A program made the position numbers and the translations under genes. Positions 44,016 to 55,255 of a stretch of 58,434 nt of DNA are shown here, piece after piece. Location of the stretch: contig DASWMO010000138.1 of assembly GCA_036399715.1 (NCBI GenBank), positions 1-58,434 of the forward strand, written 5' to 3'. Source of the DNA: Rubricoccaceae bacterium. Its GTDB lineage: Bacteria > Bacteroidota > Rhodothermia > Rhodothermales > Rubricoccaceae. The notes under the pieces are model-generated. The model did not search any database. It had not been told where the DNA came from and saw nothing but the letters and a program-made list of their open reading frames with translations. The first letter of the stretch is position 1. Each line of letters begins with the position of its first letter.

Positions 44016-45110
44016 ATGGCTCTCCGCGTCGGCATCGTCGGGCTTCCCAACGTCGGCAAGTCCACCCTCTTCAACGCGATCTCCGAGGCCGGGGCCGAGG
44101 CGGCGAACTACCCGTTCTGCACCATCGAGCCCAACGTCGGCGTAGTGGCCGTGCCGGACGTGCGGCTGGACCGCCTCACTGAGCTCGCGGGCTCCAAGCA
44201 GACGCTCCCGGCGACGATCGAGTTCGTCGACATCGCGGGCCTCGTCGCGGGCGCCTCCAAGGGCGAAGGGCTGGGCAACAAGTTTCTGGCCCACATCCGC
44301 GAGGTCGACGCCGTCGTGCACGTCGTGCGGTGCTTCGAGGACCCGAACGTCGTCCACGTCGAGGGCACGGTCGACCCGCTGCGCGACATCGAGACGATCG
44401 ACACCGAGCTGATGCTCAAGGACCTCGAGACGGTCCAGAAGCGCCGCGAGCGCAACGCCAAGCTCGCCCGCGGCGGCGACAAATCGGCCAAGGCCGAGAT
44501 GGACGTCATCGAACGCCTCGACGCGCACCTCGGCGCGGGCCTCACCGTGCGGACGATGGAGACGACCGAGCAGGAGGCCGAGATCGTCCGCGAGATGTTT
44601 CTGCTGACCGCCAAGCCTGTCCTGTTCGCGGCCAACGTCGCCGAGACGGACCTGCCCGACGGCAACGATTACGTTGCCCGGGTCCGCGAGCGCGCGGAGG
44701 CCGAAGGCGCGGGCGTCGTGGTGATCTCGGCCGAGTTCGAGGCACAGCTCGCCGACCTGCCCGCCGAGGACCGCGCCGAGTTTCTCGCCGCTGCCGGCGA
44801 GGACGAGAACGGGCTGACGCGCCTCGTGCAGGCGGCGTATGCACTGCTCGGGCTCATCACGTACTTCACGGCCGGCCCCAAGGAGTCGCGGGCGTGGCAG
44901 ATCCGCAAGGGCACCAAGGCCCCGCAGGCGGCCGGCGTCATCCACTCGGACTTCGAGAAGGGCTTCATCCGCGCCGAGACGATCAAGTTCGCCGACTACG
45001 ACCGGCTCGGGACCGAGGCGGCCGTCCGCGAGGCGGGCGCGATGCGGAGCGAAGGCAAGGAGTACACCGTCGCCGACGGCGACGTGATGCTCTTCCGCTT
45101 CAACGTCTGA
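44016..45110 (+). CDS. ychF: Redox-regulated ribosome-binding ATPase YchF
   Basis: It has GIVGLPNVGKSTLFNA....A.AANYPFCTIEPN.G.V.VPD and DIAGLV.GAS.GEGLGN.FL..IR. The C-terminal TGS region is ..AG.IHSDFE.GFIRAE, and the end is GDV..FRFNV. Confidence 0.96.
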   Translation: MALRVGIVGLPNVGKSTLFNAISEAGAEAANYPFCTIEPNVGVVAVPDVRLDRLTELAGSKQTLPATIEFVDIAGLVAGASKGEGLGNKFLAHIREVDAVVHVVRCFEDPNVVHVEGTVDPLRDIETIDTELMLKDLETVQKRRERNAKLARGGDKSAKAEMDVIERLDAHLGAGLTVRTMETTEQEAEIVREMFLLTAKPVLFAANVAETDLPDGNDYVARVRERAEAEGAGVVVISAEFEAQLADLPAEDRAEFLAAAGEDENGLTRLVQAAYALLGLITYFTAGPKESRAWQIRKGTKAPQAAGVIHSDFEKGFIRAETIKFADYDRLGTEAAVREAGAMRSEGKEYTVADGDVMLFRFNV

Positions 45111-45116
45111 CTGGGC

Positions 45117-46262
45117 TCACCCCGCGGCCGCCTCGACGGCTGCGCTGAGGCCGTCCCACGTCGCGTGCGCGCGCTCGGCTGCCAACGCGCCGAGGCGGGC
45201 GGCCCGGTCGCCGGTGAGCATCGCGACGAGCGCCTCGGCGAGCGCCCCCGAGTCGTCGGGCGGAACGACGATTCCGGCGTCTCCAACGTCCGCCGCGAGC
45301 CCGCCGACGTCGGTCGTGACGACCGCGCGGCCGAAGTGGAACGCGATCCCGGCGACGCCGCTCTGCGTCGCTGAGAGGTACGGCTGCACGACGGCGTCGG
45401 CCGCGCCGAAGTAGTCGGCCACGCGGGCGTCGGGGATGTAGTCGGCGTCGAAGCGGACCGTCTCGCCGAGCGGCGCGGCCTGGGCGCGGAGCGCCGGCTC
45501 GTCGCCGTAGAACTCGCCGGCGACGACGAGGCGGACGCCGGGCACGCGCCGGGCGACCTCGGGCATGGCGCGAAGCAGGACGGCGATGCCTTTGTACCGA
45601 CGCACGAACCCGAAAAAAAGGAGTACGGGCGCGTCGAGGGGCAAGCCCAGACGCTGCCTCGCCTCGTCCTGCGGGACTGCTGCCCCGAAGTGGTCGTACG
45701 CCGGGTGGGCCGCGACGGTCACAGGCACGCGTACGCCGAGGCGCTCGACATCGACGCGGACATTCTCGCTGAGGGCAACGAGCGCGTCGGCGCCGCGGAG
45801 CACGTAGCGCGCGAGCGGTCGGTCGAGCGACCCCGGTTCGTGTGGAAGCGCGTTGTGGACGACCGTTACGACGCGCACGCCGCGGCGTCGGAGCGCGCGG
45901 GCGAGTCCGCCGAGGGCCGGTGCGACGAACGGCATCCAGTAGTGCAGCACGGCTACGTCGGCTCCGCCGGCTGCGATCCGGCGAGCGGCGCGGTGCCACG
46001 AGCGCGGGTCTACCGTGTCGAGGAGCGCCTCGGCACGCGGAACGTCGGCCGGGGCGGGCCCGTGGTCGAACTGTGTCTTGCCAGGAAACAGGACTTTCGG
46101 GTACTGCCGCGAGAACGTGACGGCCCGAACCTCGTGGCCGCGCGCGACGAGGCTGCGTGCCATCGAGGCGGCAAAGTGCGCGATCCCGCCCCGAAGCGGC
46201 CACATCGGCGCGACGAGCGCGACGCGCAGCGGGCGGGCGGGCAGGGAGTGAGACGGGGGCAT
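45117..46262 (-). CDS. Glycosyltransferase family 4 (GT-B, RfaG-like)
   Basis: Starts at MPPSHSL..LRVALVAP (ATG at 46262). The C-terminal segment ..ADA.V.PY......SGV...A...G..VV..DVGGL.. is the E-x7-E-type GT1/GT4 region. Confidence 0.75.
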   Translation of the reverse strand: MPPSHSLPARPLRVALVAPMWPLRGGIAHFAASMARSLVARGHEVRAVTFSRQYPKVLFPGKTQFDHGPAPADVPRAEALLDTVDPRSWHRAARRIAAGGADVAVLHYWMPFVAPALGGLARALRRRGVRVVTVVHNALPHEPGSLDRPLARYVLRGADALVALSENVRVDVERLGVRVPVTVAAHPAYDHFGAAVPQDEARQRLGLPLDAPVLLFFGFVRRYKGIAVLLRAMPEVARRVPGVRLVVAGEFYGDEPALRAQAAPLGETVRFDADYIPDARVADYFGAADAVVQPYLSATQSGVAGIAFHFGRAVVTTDVGGLAADVGDAGIVVPPDDSGALAEALVAMLTGDRAARLGALAAERAHATWDGLSAAVEAAAG

Positions 46263-46417
46263 CGGACCAGTCGCGAGGAGGGCACAAGATGGTCCCACCG
46301 CGCCTGCACCGGAACGTGTGGGTGCAGGGGGGTTACAAACGGGCCGAGGGTTCATGGGCGCGCCCTGTCCGGCGCGGGCATCGTCTTCGGCCGGACTCCG
46401 CTCTCGCCTCTGCTCCG

Positions 46418-47581
46418 ATGCGCCTCTCCCCCGCCCTTCTCGCCCTGCTCGTCGCCGTCCCGGCTGCGCGGGCGCAGGAGCAGTTCGTCGTTTTCACGGC
46501 CCTGCCCGTTTTGGATGTCCCGGCCGTGCCTGAGATGGGCGGCGCCACGGTCGGGCGCCTCGCGGACGACGCGCGGTCGTTTCTGCAGAACCCGGCCGCG
46601 CTGGCGCTCGCCCCGGCCGGGCAGGCAGCCGTGGGGACGCCCTCGGCCGTGTGGTTTGGCGAGAGCCGCATCGAGACGGCCGCCGCGTCTTGGACGTCTC
46701 GGGTGAGGCGCCTCGCGCTCGGCGTCGGAGCCGCCCAGGGCGAGATGAGCGGAGACGCCCGGACACTCGGAGACGGCACACCCTTCGACCCGACAGACCG
46801 CTTCCGCGCCCTGAGCGCATCGGTCGCGACGGCGGGCGCGGTCCGGGCCGCGTTCGGTGCGACGGCCCGCATGGTCACCTCCACGGATGCGCCGGTCTAC
46901 GACGGGGCGCGCTTCACGGTCGGCCGCTTGCGTGGCATGACGGCTGACGTGGGCGCACTCGTCACGGCTGACGTCGCCCGGCTCGCCGGAAGCCCCCGCG
47001 TGGGCTGGCTGTCCCCCGCGCTCGACGTGACGGCCGGCTACGCGCAGACGCACATCGGCGGAGCGGTGAAATACTCCGGCTTCGCCGGGCAGCCGCTGCC
47101 GCGGACCGGCGCGCTCGGGTGGAGCGCGCGCGCCGGCCTCGACACGCCCGTCGCGGGCCGCGCGCTGCGTCTGGTCGAGGTCGAAGGCGCCTTCGGGGCC
47201 GAGCGCCGCCTCGCCCGCCCGAGCGGTCTGGAAGGCGGCGTGACCTACGCACCCCTCATGGCCGGCGTCGGAATCGCCGACGCGCTCGCCGGGACGGGGA
47301 CCGACCTCACGACCGGCCGCCGCGGCGTCCGTCTCGGGCTCGCCGAGACCCTCTCAGTCGCGTGGGGCACGTTCGATGGCGGCGGCTTCCGCTCCGTCGC
47401 GACGCGGTCAGTCGAGGTGCGGACGGCGGGCGTGTTCGCTCTCGCCGCTGGCCGTCTCCGTCTCGGATCGGTCGGCGCAGCCCTCGCGCGCGTGGACCTG
47501 CGCGTTGGGCGGACGACTGTTTTCGCCGGCTCGCCAGATGCGACGTCTCGGACCACGTTTTCGCTTGTCGTCCGCCGTTGA
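46418..47581 (+). CDS. Hypothetical secreted protein, outer-membrane beta-barrel-like
   Basis: The ATG at 46418 gives MRLSPALLALLVAVPAARAQ (signal peptide). The body is rich in Gly/Ala/Thr/Arg with alternating patterns. The C-terminal ..TTFSLVVRR is compatible with a terminal beta-strand. The family is unknown. Confidence 0.45.
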   Translation: MRLSPALLALLVAVPAARAQEQFVVFTALPVLDVPAVPEMGGATVGRLADDARSFLQNPAALALAPAGQAAVGTPSAVWFGESRIETAAASWTSRVRRLALGVGAAQGEMSGDARTLGDGTPFDPTDRFRALSASVATAGAVRAAFGATARMVTSTDAPVYDGARFTVGRLRGMTADVGALVTADVARLAGSPRVGWLSPALDVTAGYAQTHIGGAVKYSGFAGQPLPRTGALGWSARAGLDTPVAGRALRLVEVEGAFGAERRLARPSGLEGGVTYAPLMAGVGIADALAGTGTDLTTGRRGVRLGLAETLSVAWGTFDGGGFRSVATRSVEVRTAGVFALAAGRLRLGSVGAALARVDLRVGRTTVFAGSPDATSRTTFSLVVRR

Positions 47582-47645
47582 CCCTCTGTTGGTAACACCC
47601 ACGGCATCTGGAGTGGGGTACTCTCCGGGATCTCCCCCATGCCTG

Positions 47646-49004
47646 ATGAGCACCTCCCGCCCCGTGCAACCGACCGATGACGCGCCGATCACGATCCGCG
47701 ACATGGTCCGGATGAGCACGAGGCTCAGTGGACGCGAGCGCGCCGGCGTCGTTCACCGGATGATGGCGTCGCTGCGCGAGACGCGCACGGACGGCCTCCA
47801 GCAACGCGAGATCCTGAGCCCACCCGGCCGCACGGCGGTCGTCCGCGACCACCACGGCGACGTGCGGACGATGCTCATGTTCGGGGCCAACAACTACCTC
47901 GGCCTCGCGACGCATCCGGTCGTGATGGAGCGTGTTCGGGAGGCGGTGAGCACGCATGGCGCGGGCGTCGGCGGGCCGCCGCTGCTGAACGGCTACACGG
48001 GGCTGCACCGCGAACTCGAAGAGCGTCTCGCGGCCTACGAGCACCAGGAAGAGGCCCTGCTCTACGGCAGCGGCTACGCGGCCGGCCTTGGCGTGATGAG
48101 CGCGCTCCCGTCGCGCCGCGACGTGGTCTACTACGACGCGGATAATCACGCCTGCTTTCTCGATGGGATGAAGCTCGGCGGGGTCACTTCGCGGCCATTC
48201 CCGCACAACGATGTGTCCGCGCTCGATGCAGCCCTCGCCGCGCACCCCGCCGGCCCGGGTGATGCCATCGTCGCTATCGAGGGTGTGTACTCGATGGAGG
48301 GTGACCCCGCCCCGCTCGATCTCATCGTACCCGTCGCTAAGCGCCACGGCGCTGTCATCGTGCTGGACGACGCGCACGGGACGGGCGTCGCCGGGCCCGG
48401 CGGGCGCGGCTCGGCTGTGAAGTACGGCGTCGAGAAGGACATCGACGTCGTCGTGGGGACGTTCTCGAAGACGTTCGCCGTCTCGGGCGGCTTCGTCGCG
48501 TGCAGCCATGAGATCGCGACGTACCTGCGCTTTTTCTCGCGCAGCTACTTTTTCAGCGCCTCCCTCCCCCCGCCGACGCTCGCGGCCGTCCTCGCGGGCC
48601 TGGATATTCTGGAGTCTGAGCCCGATCGCCACACCGCGCTGATGCGCAATGCGGCGCAGCTCACACACGGCGTCCGCGCGCTCGGGCACATCGTCCCGCA
48701 GGACGACTCTGCCATTGTCGCGCTCAAGGTGCCGCTTGGCATGGACATTCGGGCCGCCGCCCACGCCTTTCACCGGCGCGGCCTGTTCGTCAACCACGTC
48801 GAGTACCCCGCCGTCGCGACGTCGGAGCAGCGCTTCCGCCTCAGCGTCTCCGCGGACCACACGGCGGCCGACATCCGCGAACTCATCGAGGGCGTCGGGG
48901 CGATCTGGGACGAGTTCGCGCCCGAGGGCCTCTCGTCGCCTGGCGGCGATGGCGCCTTCCCGGACGAGTTGCCCCCACTGGAGGCATTCGAGGGCGGGTT
49001 CTGA
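47646..49004 (+). CDS. Alpha-oxoamine synthase family PLP-dependent acyltransferase (BioF/Kbl/serine-palmitoyltransferase-like)
   Basis: It has FGANNYLGL..HP, G.GG...LNG.T.LH.ELEE.LA, SMEGD.APL, LDDAHGTG and the PLP-lysine motif GTFSKTF. No other biotin genes are nearby. Confidence 0.85.
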   Translation: MSTSRPVQPTDDAPITIRDMVRMSTRLSGRERAGVVHRMMASLRETRTDGLQQREILSPPGRTAVVRDHHGDVRTMLMFGANNYLGLATHPVVMERVREAVSTHGAGVGGPPLLNGYTGLHRELEERLAAYEHQEEALLYGSGYAAGLGVMSALPSRRDVVYYDADNHACFLDGMKLGGVTSRPFPHNDVSALDAALAAHPAGPGDAIVAIEGVYSMEGDPAPLDLIVPVAKRHGAVIVLDDAHGTGVAGPGGRGSAVKYGVEKDIDVVVGTFSKTFAVSGGFVACSHEIATYLRFFSRSYFFSASLPPPTLAAVLAGLDILESEPDRHTALMRNAAQLTHGVRALGHIVPQDDSAIVALKVPLGMDIRAAAHAFHRRGLFVNHVEYPAVATSEQRFRLSVSADHTAADIRELIEGVGAIWDEFAPEGLSSPGGDGAFPDELPPLEAFEGGF

Positions 49005-49017
49005 CAGCGGCGTTCGG

Positions 49018-50079
49018 TTACGCTATCTCGGACTGGATCTCGTAGGATGAGACGGTCGGGACACGGTCCGCCGATGTCTCGTCGCGAACCTCGTAGCGCA
49101 GCACGTCCTCCATCTCGGGCCGGACGATCATCTCGCCGAGCAGGCCGGCGAGAAACGACTGCGAGCCGAGCAGAAGGGCCGTTACGCCGAGCGTCAGCAG
49201 CGGGCGGTCGCCGATCGGCTCGCCGAAGAACAGCTTGGCGACGCTGAGGTAGAGCAGCACGCTGAAGCCGAACACGAACGAAACCGTCCCGAGGCCGCCG
49301 AAAAAGACCATCGGCCGCCGTGCGAAGCGCGTCAGAAAGACGACCGTGATCAGGTCCAGGAAGCCGCGGAGGTAGCGCTCGAGGCCGAACTTGGTCCGGC
49401 CGTACTTGCGCGCGTGGTGCTTCACGACCTGCTCCTCGATGCGGTCGTAGCCCTCCCACTTGGCCAGCAGCGGGATGTAGCGGTGCAACTCGCCGTAGAC
49501 GCGGACGCTCTTGACGACCTCGGCGCGGTACGCCTTGATGCCCGAGTTGAAGTCGTGCAGCGGGATGCCGGACATCCAGCGCGTGACGCCGTTGAAGAAG
49601 CGGCTCGGGATGGTCTTTTCGAGCGGGTCGTTGCGGGTCTGCTTCCAGCCCGAGATGAGGTCCGCCCCGGCGTCGAGTTTCGCCACCATGGCGGGCAGTT
49701 CGTCCGGATCGTCCTGCAGGTCCGCGTCGAGGGTCGCGACGCAGCGGCCCGCCGTTCGGGCGAAGCCGGCCGCGAGGGCGGCGCTCTTGCCGTAGTTGCG
49801 CCGGAAGCGGACGCCCCGGAATCGCCCGTCCTCGGCGTGTAACCGTTCGATGACGCTCCACGAGTCGTCGCGCGAGCCGTCGTCGACGAGCCAGACCTCG
49901 AAGTCGAGCTCGCCCGAGGCCATCGCCGCGCGGATGCGGTCGGCGAGTTCGGGCAGGCTCTCGGCCTCGTCATAGACGGGCACGACGATGGAGAGGTCGG
50001 GCGTCACGGACGGCACGTTGCAGTGAACATGGAGAGGTCGAGCGTCACGGGCGCGGCGGGAGAGGGAGCGTTGCGGCAC
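49018..50079 (-). CDS. GT2 polyprenyl-phosphate glycosyltransferase (GtrB/ArnC/DPM1-like) with C-terminal TM helices
   Basis: It has LSIVVPVYDEAESL, DDGS.D.S, LDADLQDDP and the motif RF.SG. Two C-terminal TM segments follow. Start alternatives are GTG at 50016 or 50007 instead of the ATG at 50079. Confidence 0.85.
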   Translation of the reverse strand: MPQRSLSRRARDARPLHVHCNVPSVTPDLSIVVPVYDEAESLPELADRIRAAMASGELDFEVWLVDDGSRDDSWSVIERLHAEDGRFRGVRFRRNYGKSAALAAGFARTAGRCVATLDADLQDDPDELPAMVAKLDAGADLISGWKQTRNDPLEKTIPSRFFNGVTRWMSGIPLHDFNSGIKAYRAEVVKSVRVYGELHRYIPLLAKWEGYDRIEEQVVKHHARKYGRTKFGLERYLRGFLDLITVVFLTRFARRPMVFFGGLGTVSFVFGFSVLLYLSVAKLFFGEPIGDRPLLTLGVTALLLGSQSFLAGLLGEMIVRPEMEDVLRYEVRDETSADRVPTVSSYEIQSEIA

Positions 50080-50177
50080 CGAACAGCCGGCTGGACAGCC
50101 AGGCGCGAGGGCTCCACAGTGAGAAGCGGGCTGCCGAAGCCGGGCGGTCTGCCTGCCCCGACGGCCTGTCTACGCCG

Positions 50178-52830
<2,653 letters not shown>

Positions 52831-52891
52831 GGACAGTGTGGGGGACGGGACGTACGGAACGCGGCGGCCGCCTCCGCCCGTACGCCGGCCG

Positions 52892-53545
52892 TCAGACCTC
52901 CAGGTAGCGCAGGAAGGCCGCGGCGCGGTCCTCCAGGTCGTCCTGCTGCTCGTCGAAGACCGCCGTGACGCGGTAGTCGTAGTGCTCCATGATGTGCCGG
53001 ACGCGCGACGTGTCGCTGACGTTCAGCTTGAGCGTTACGCGGACGCGCCCCGCGCCGGGGTCGTCCTCGGTGGACACGGACAGGATGCGGACGCCGTTCT
53101 GCTCGATGAGTTGTGCGACCTGCCCAAGCGAGAAGTCGCGGCGGTCGGCGTCGAGGACGACGATGGCGCCGGGCTCCTCGGTCGCGAGCATGTGGGCGAG
53201 CTGCGCGAACACGTCCTGGCGGACGGTCAGGCCGACATACTGACCTGTGGCGTCGGTGACGGGCAGCACGCTCAGCGCGTGCGTCCGCATGAGGTGCGCC
53301 GCGTCGAAGACGTGCGTCTCGGGGAGCGCCGAGATGGGCGGGCCGCCGGCGAGCGTACCGACGAGCGTTTCCGGGTCGGCGTGCATCCGCAACGCGGTGT
53401 CGCTCACGAGCGCGTCTAGCGCGCCGCCGAGCGAGACGACGGGGAGGTGCGAGACGTGTTCGTCCGCGAGGTGCTCGAGCGCATCCGCGACGGTGTCGTC
53501 CGTCGAGAGCGGCTCGATCGGGGCGAGAAGCGTGGCAATCGTCAT
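52892..53545 (-). CDS. CBS-pair protein with C-terminal ACT-like domain (AcuB-like)
   Basis: Starts at MTIATLL (ATG at 53545). It has two CBS-like units (..HLPVV.., ..SVLPVTD..G.YVG..T..D) and a C-terminal module ILSVST......VRVTLKLN. Confidence 0.7.
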   Translation of the reverse strand: MTIATLLAPIEPLSTDDTVADALEHLADEHVSHLPVVSLGGALDALVSDTALRMHADPETLVGTLAGGPPISALPETHVFDAAHLMRTHALSVLPVTDATGQYVGLTVRQDVFAQLAHMLATEEPGAIVVLDADRRDFSLGQVAQLIEQNGVRILSVSTEDDPGAGRVRVTLKLNVSDTSRVRHIMEHYDYRVTAVFDEQQDDLEDRAAAFLRYLEV

Positions 53546-53720
53546 GGCTCGGGGGGACGACCGGGTGAGGCCGAAGCTAGCGGCGTCGTCGAATGGTAGA
53601 CGGGCAAACAGCGTTCCATCGTGCACCGCCGGGGCGCGCGATTGGACCGTTCAGCCGCCCACGCGGCCGTTCAACCCAAACGCCGATCGGGGCGCGGCGT
53701 CAGTGCTCCGGATCGGCCTC

Positions 53721-55220
53721 CTAGACGGTCTCGGGGGCCGACTCCTGAGCGGCGTCGGCGCCGTCGCCGGAGGGCTCTGTCGCCGGGTCCGGTTCGACCC
53801 AGCGAAGCGCGTCGAAGCGCCCGAGCATGCGGTCGAGGTCGGGCGCGTTCTTGGCCGATGCGCGGTAGCGCACGCGGAAAACCGGGAGCACCGGTGCCGC
53901 GTCGTCAAAGGCGTCTGTGGCGAGCCCGGAGTCTTCGGCGAGGACCTCGGCGACCGAGTGCAGGTACGCCCGCGACTTGGCCTCGGACATCGGCAGCAGC
54001 GCCGTGTGGTCCGAGTAGTCCGCCTCGACGAGCCCGAGCGTGGTCTCGCGGAGCCGGTCGAGCCCGATGCCGCGCGCGGCCGAGATGAAGACCGCCGGCT
54101 GACCGGCCGCCGCCGCCTCGGCCGTGAGCGCCTCGATGACGCCCGGGTCGTCGAGCGCGTCGACCTTGTTGTAGACCATCAGCGTCGGCTTGTCCGAGGC
54201 GCCGAGTTCCGCGAGCGTCTCGCGGACGACCGCGACGTGGTCCTCGAACGCCCGGTGCGTGATGTCGACGACATGCAGCAGGACATCCGCCTCGCGGACC
54301 TCGTCGAGCGTGCTCTTGAAGCTCTCGACGAGCGCGTGGGGCAGCTTGCGGATAAAGCCGACTGTGTCGGCGAGCAGGACGGGCTTGTTCGGCGCGAGCG
54401 CAATCTGGCGCGTCGTCGCGTCGAGCGTCGCGAAGAGGCGGTCCTCGGCGAGCACGCCCGCGTCGGACATCGTGTTCATGAGCGTGCTCTTGCCGGCGTT
54501 GGTGTACCCGACGAGCGCGACGCGCGTCTGGTCCGTGCGGCTCTTCCGCTGGGTCGTCCGCTGCTGGTCCACCTTCTGGAGGTGCTCCTTGAGGACCGAG
54601 ATCCGCTTGCCGATCATGCGGCGGTCCGTCTCGATCTGCGTCTCGCCCGGCCCGCGCATGCCGATGCCGCCCTTCTGGCGCTCGAGGTGGGTCCACGCGC
54701 GCGTGAGGCGGCTCCGGAGGTATTCGAGCTGGGCGAGCTCGACCTGCGCGCGCGCCTGGCTGGAGCGCGCCCGGCGGGCGAAGATGTCCAGGATGAGGCC
54801 CGAGCGGTCGACGATCTTGAGGTTGATCTTCTCGACCTGCAGCTCCTTGTTGAGGTTGCGAGTCTGGACGGTCGTGAGGTCGTCGTTGACGACGATGAGG
54901 TCCGCGCCGTACTTCTCGACGGCGGCCGCGATCTCCTTCACCTTCCCCGAGCCGACATAGGTCGAGGACTGGATGCGCGGCAGGTTCTGCACGACGCGAC
55001 CGACGACGTCGGCGCCGGCCGTGTCGGTCAGGAGCGCGAGCTCGTCGAGCGATTCGAGAAAGTCGGCCTCAGGCTGGTCGGGCGTGTGGACGCCCACGAT
55101 GAGGGCGATTTCGCGGCGGCCGGCATTCGTTTCGTTCAAGCGGTTGAGCGGAGTTGGGAGTGTAGGGTAAACGCCCGAGCGGTGGCGCTGTTGCACCGTC
55201 GCGGCGCCCCGGGCGTTCAC
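53721..55220 (-). CDS. hflX: GTPase HflX
   Basis: It has the HflX N-domain (GSGK..EI........ADL.V...DL...Q.RNL), LAQL.Y...RL and G.GE.Q.E.DRR. The G-domain motifs are GYTNAGKST, DTVGFI and NK.D. The start is uncertain; I chose the GTG at 55220, just downstream of the preceding gene's stop at 55256. Confidence 0.88.
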   Translation of the reverse strand: MNARGAATVQQRHRSGVYPTLPTPLNRLNETNAGRREIALIVGVHTPDQPEADFLESLDELALLTDTAGADVVGRVVQNLPRIQSSTYVGSGKVKEIAAAVEKYGADLIVVNDDLTTVQTRNLNKELQVEKINLKIVDRSGLILDIFARRARSSQARAQVELAQLEYLRSRLTRAWTHLERQKGGIGMRGPGETQIETDRRMIGKRISVLKEHLQKVDQQRTTQRKSRTDQTRVALVGYTNAGKSTLMNTMSDAGVLAEDRLFATLDATTRQIALAPNKPVLLADTVGFIRKLPHALVESFKSTLDEVREADVLLHVVDITHRAFEDHVAVVRETLAELGASDKPTLMVYNKVDALDDPGVIEALTAEAAAAGQPAVFISAARGIGLDRLRETTLGLVEADYSDHTALLPMSEAKSRAYLHSVAEVLAEDSGLATDAFDDAAPVLPVFRVRYRASAKNAPDLDRMLGRFDALRWVEPDPATEPSGDGADAAQESAPETV

Positions 55221-55255
55221 CGAGCCGGTAGACGGGACTTGCCCGAGGCGTCCCG

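Noticed and set aside
47639-47680. 13-codon upstream mini-ORF (MPDEHLPPRATDR) overlapping the alpha-oxoamine synthase start
   Set aside because: It is very short, out of frame, and has no supporting signal. It is probably fortuitous.
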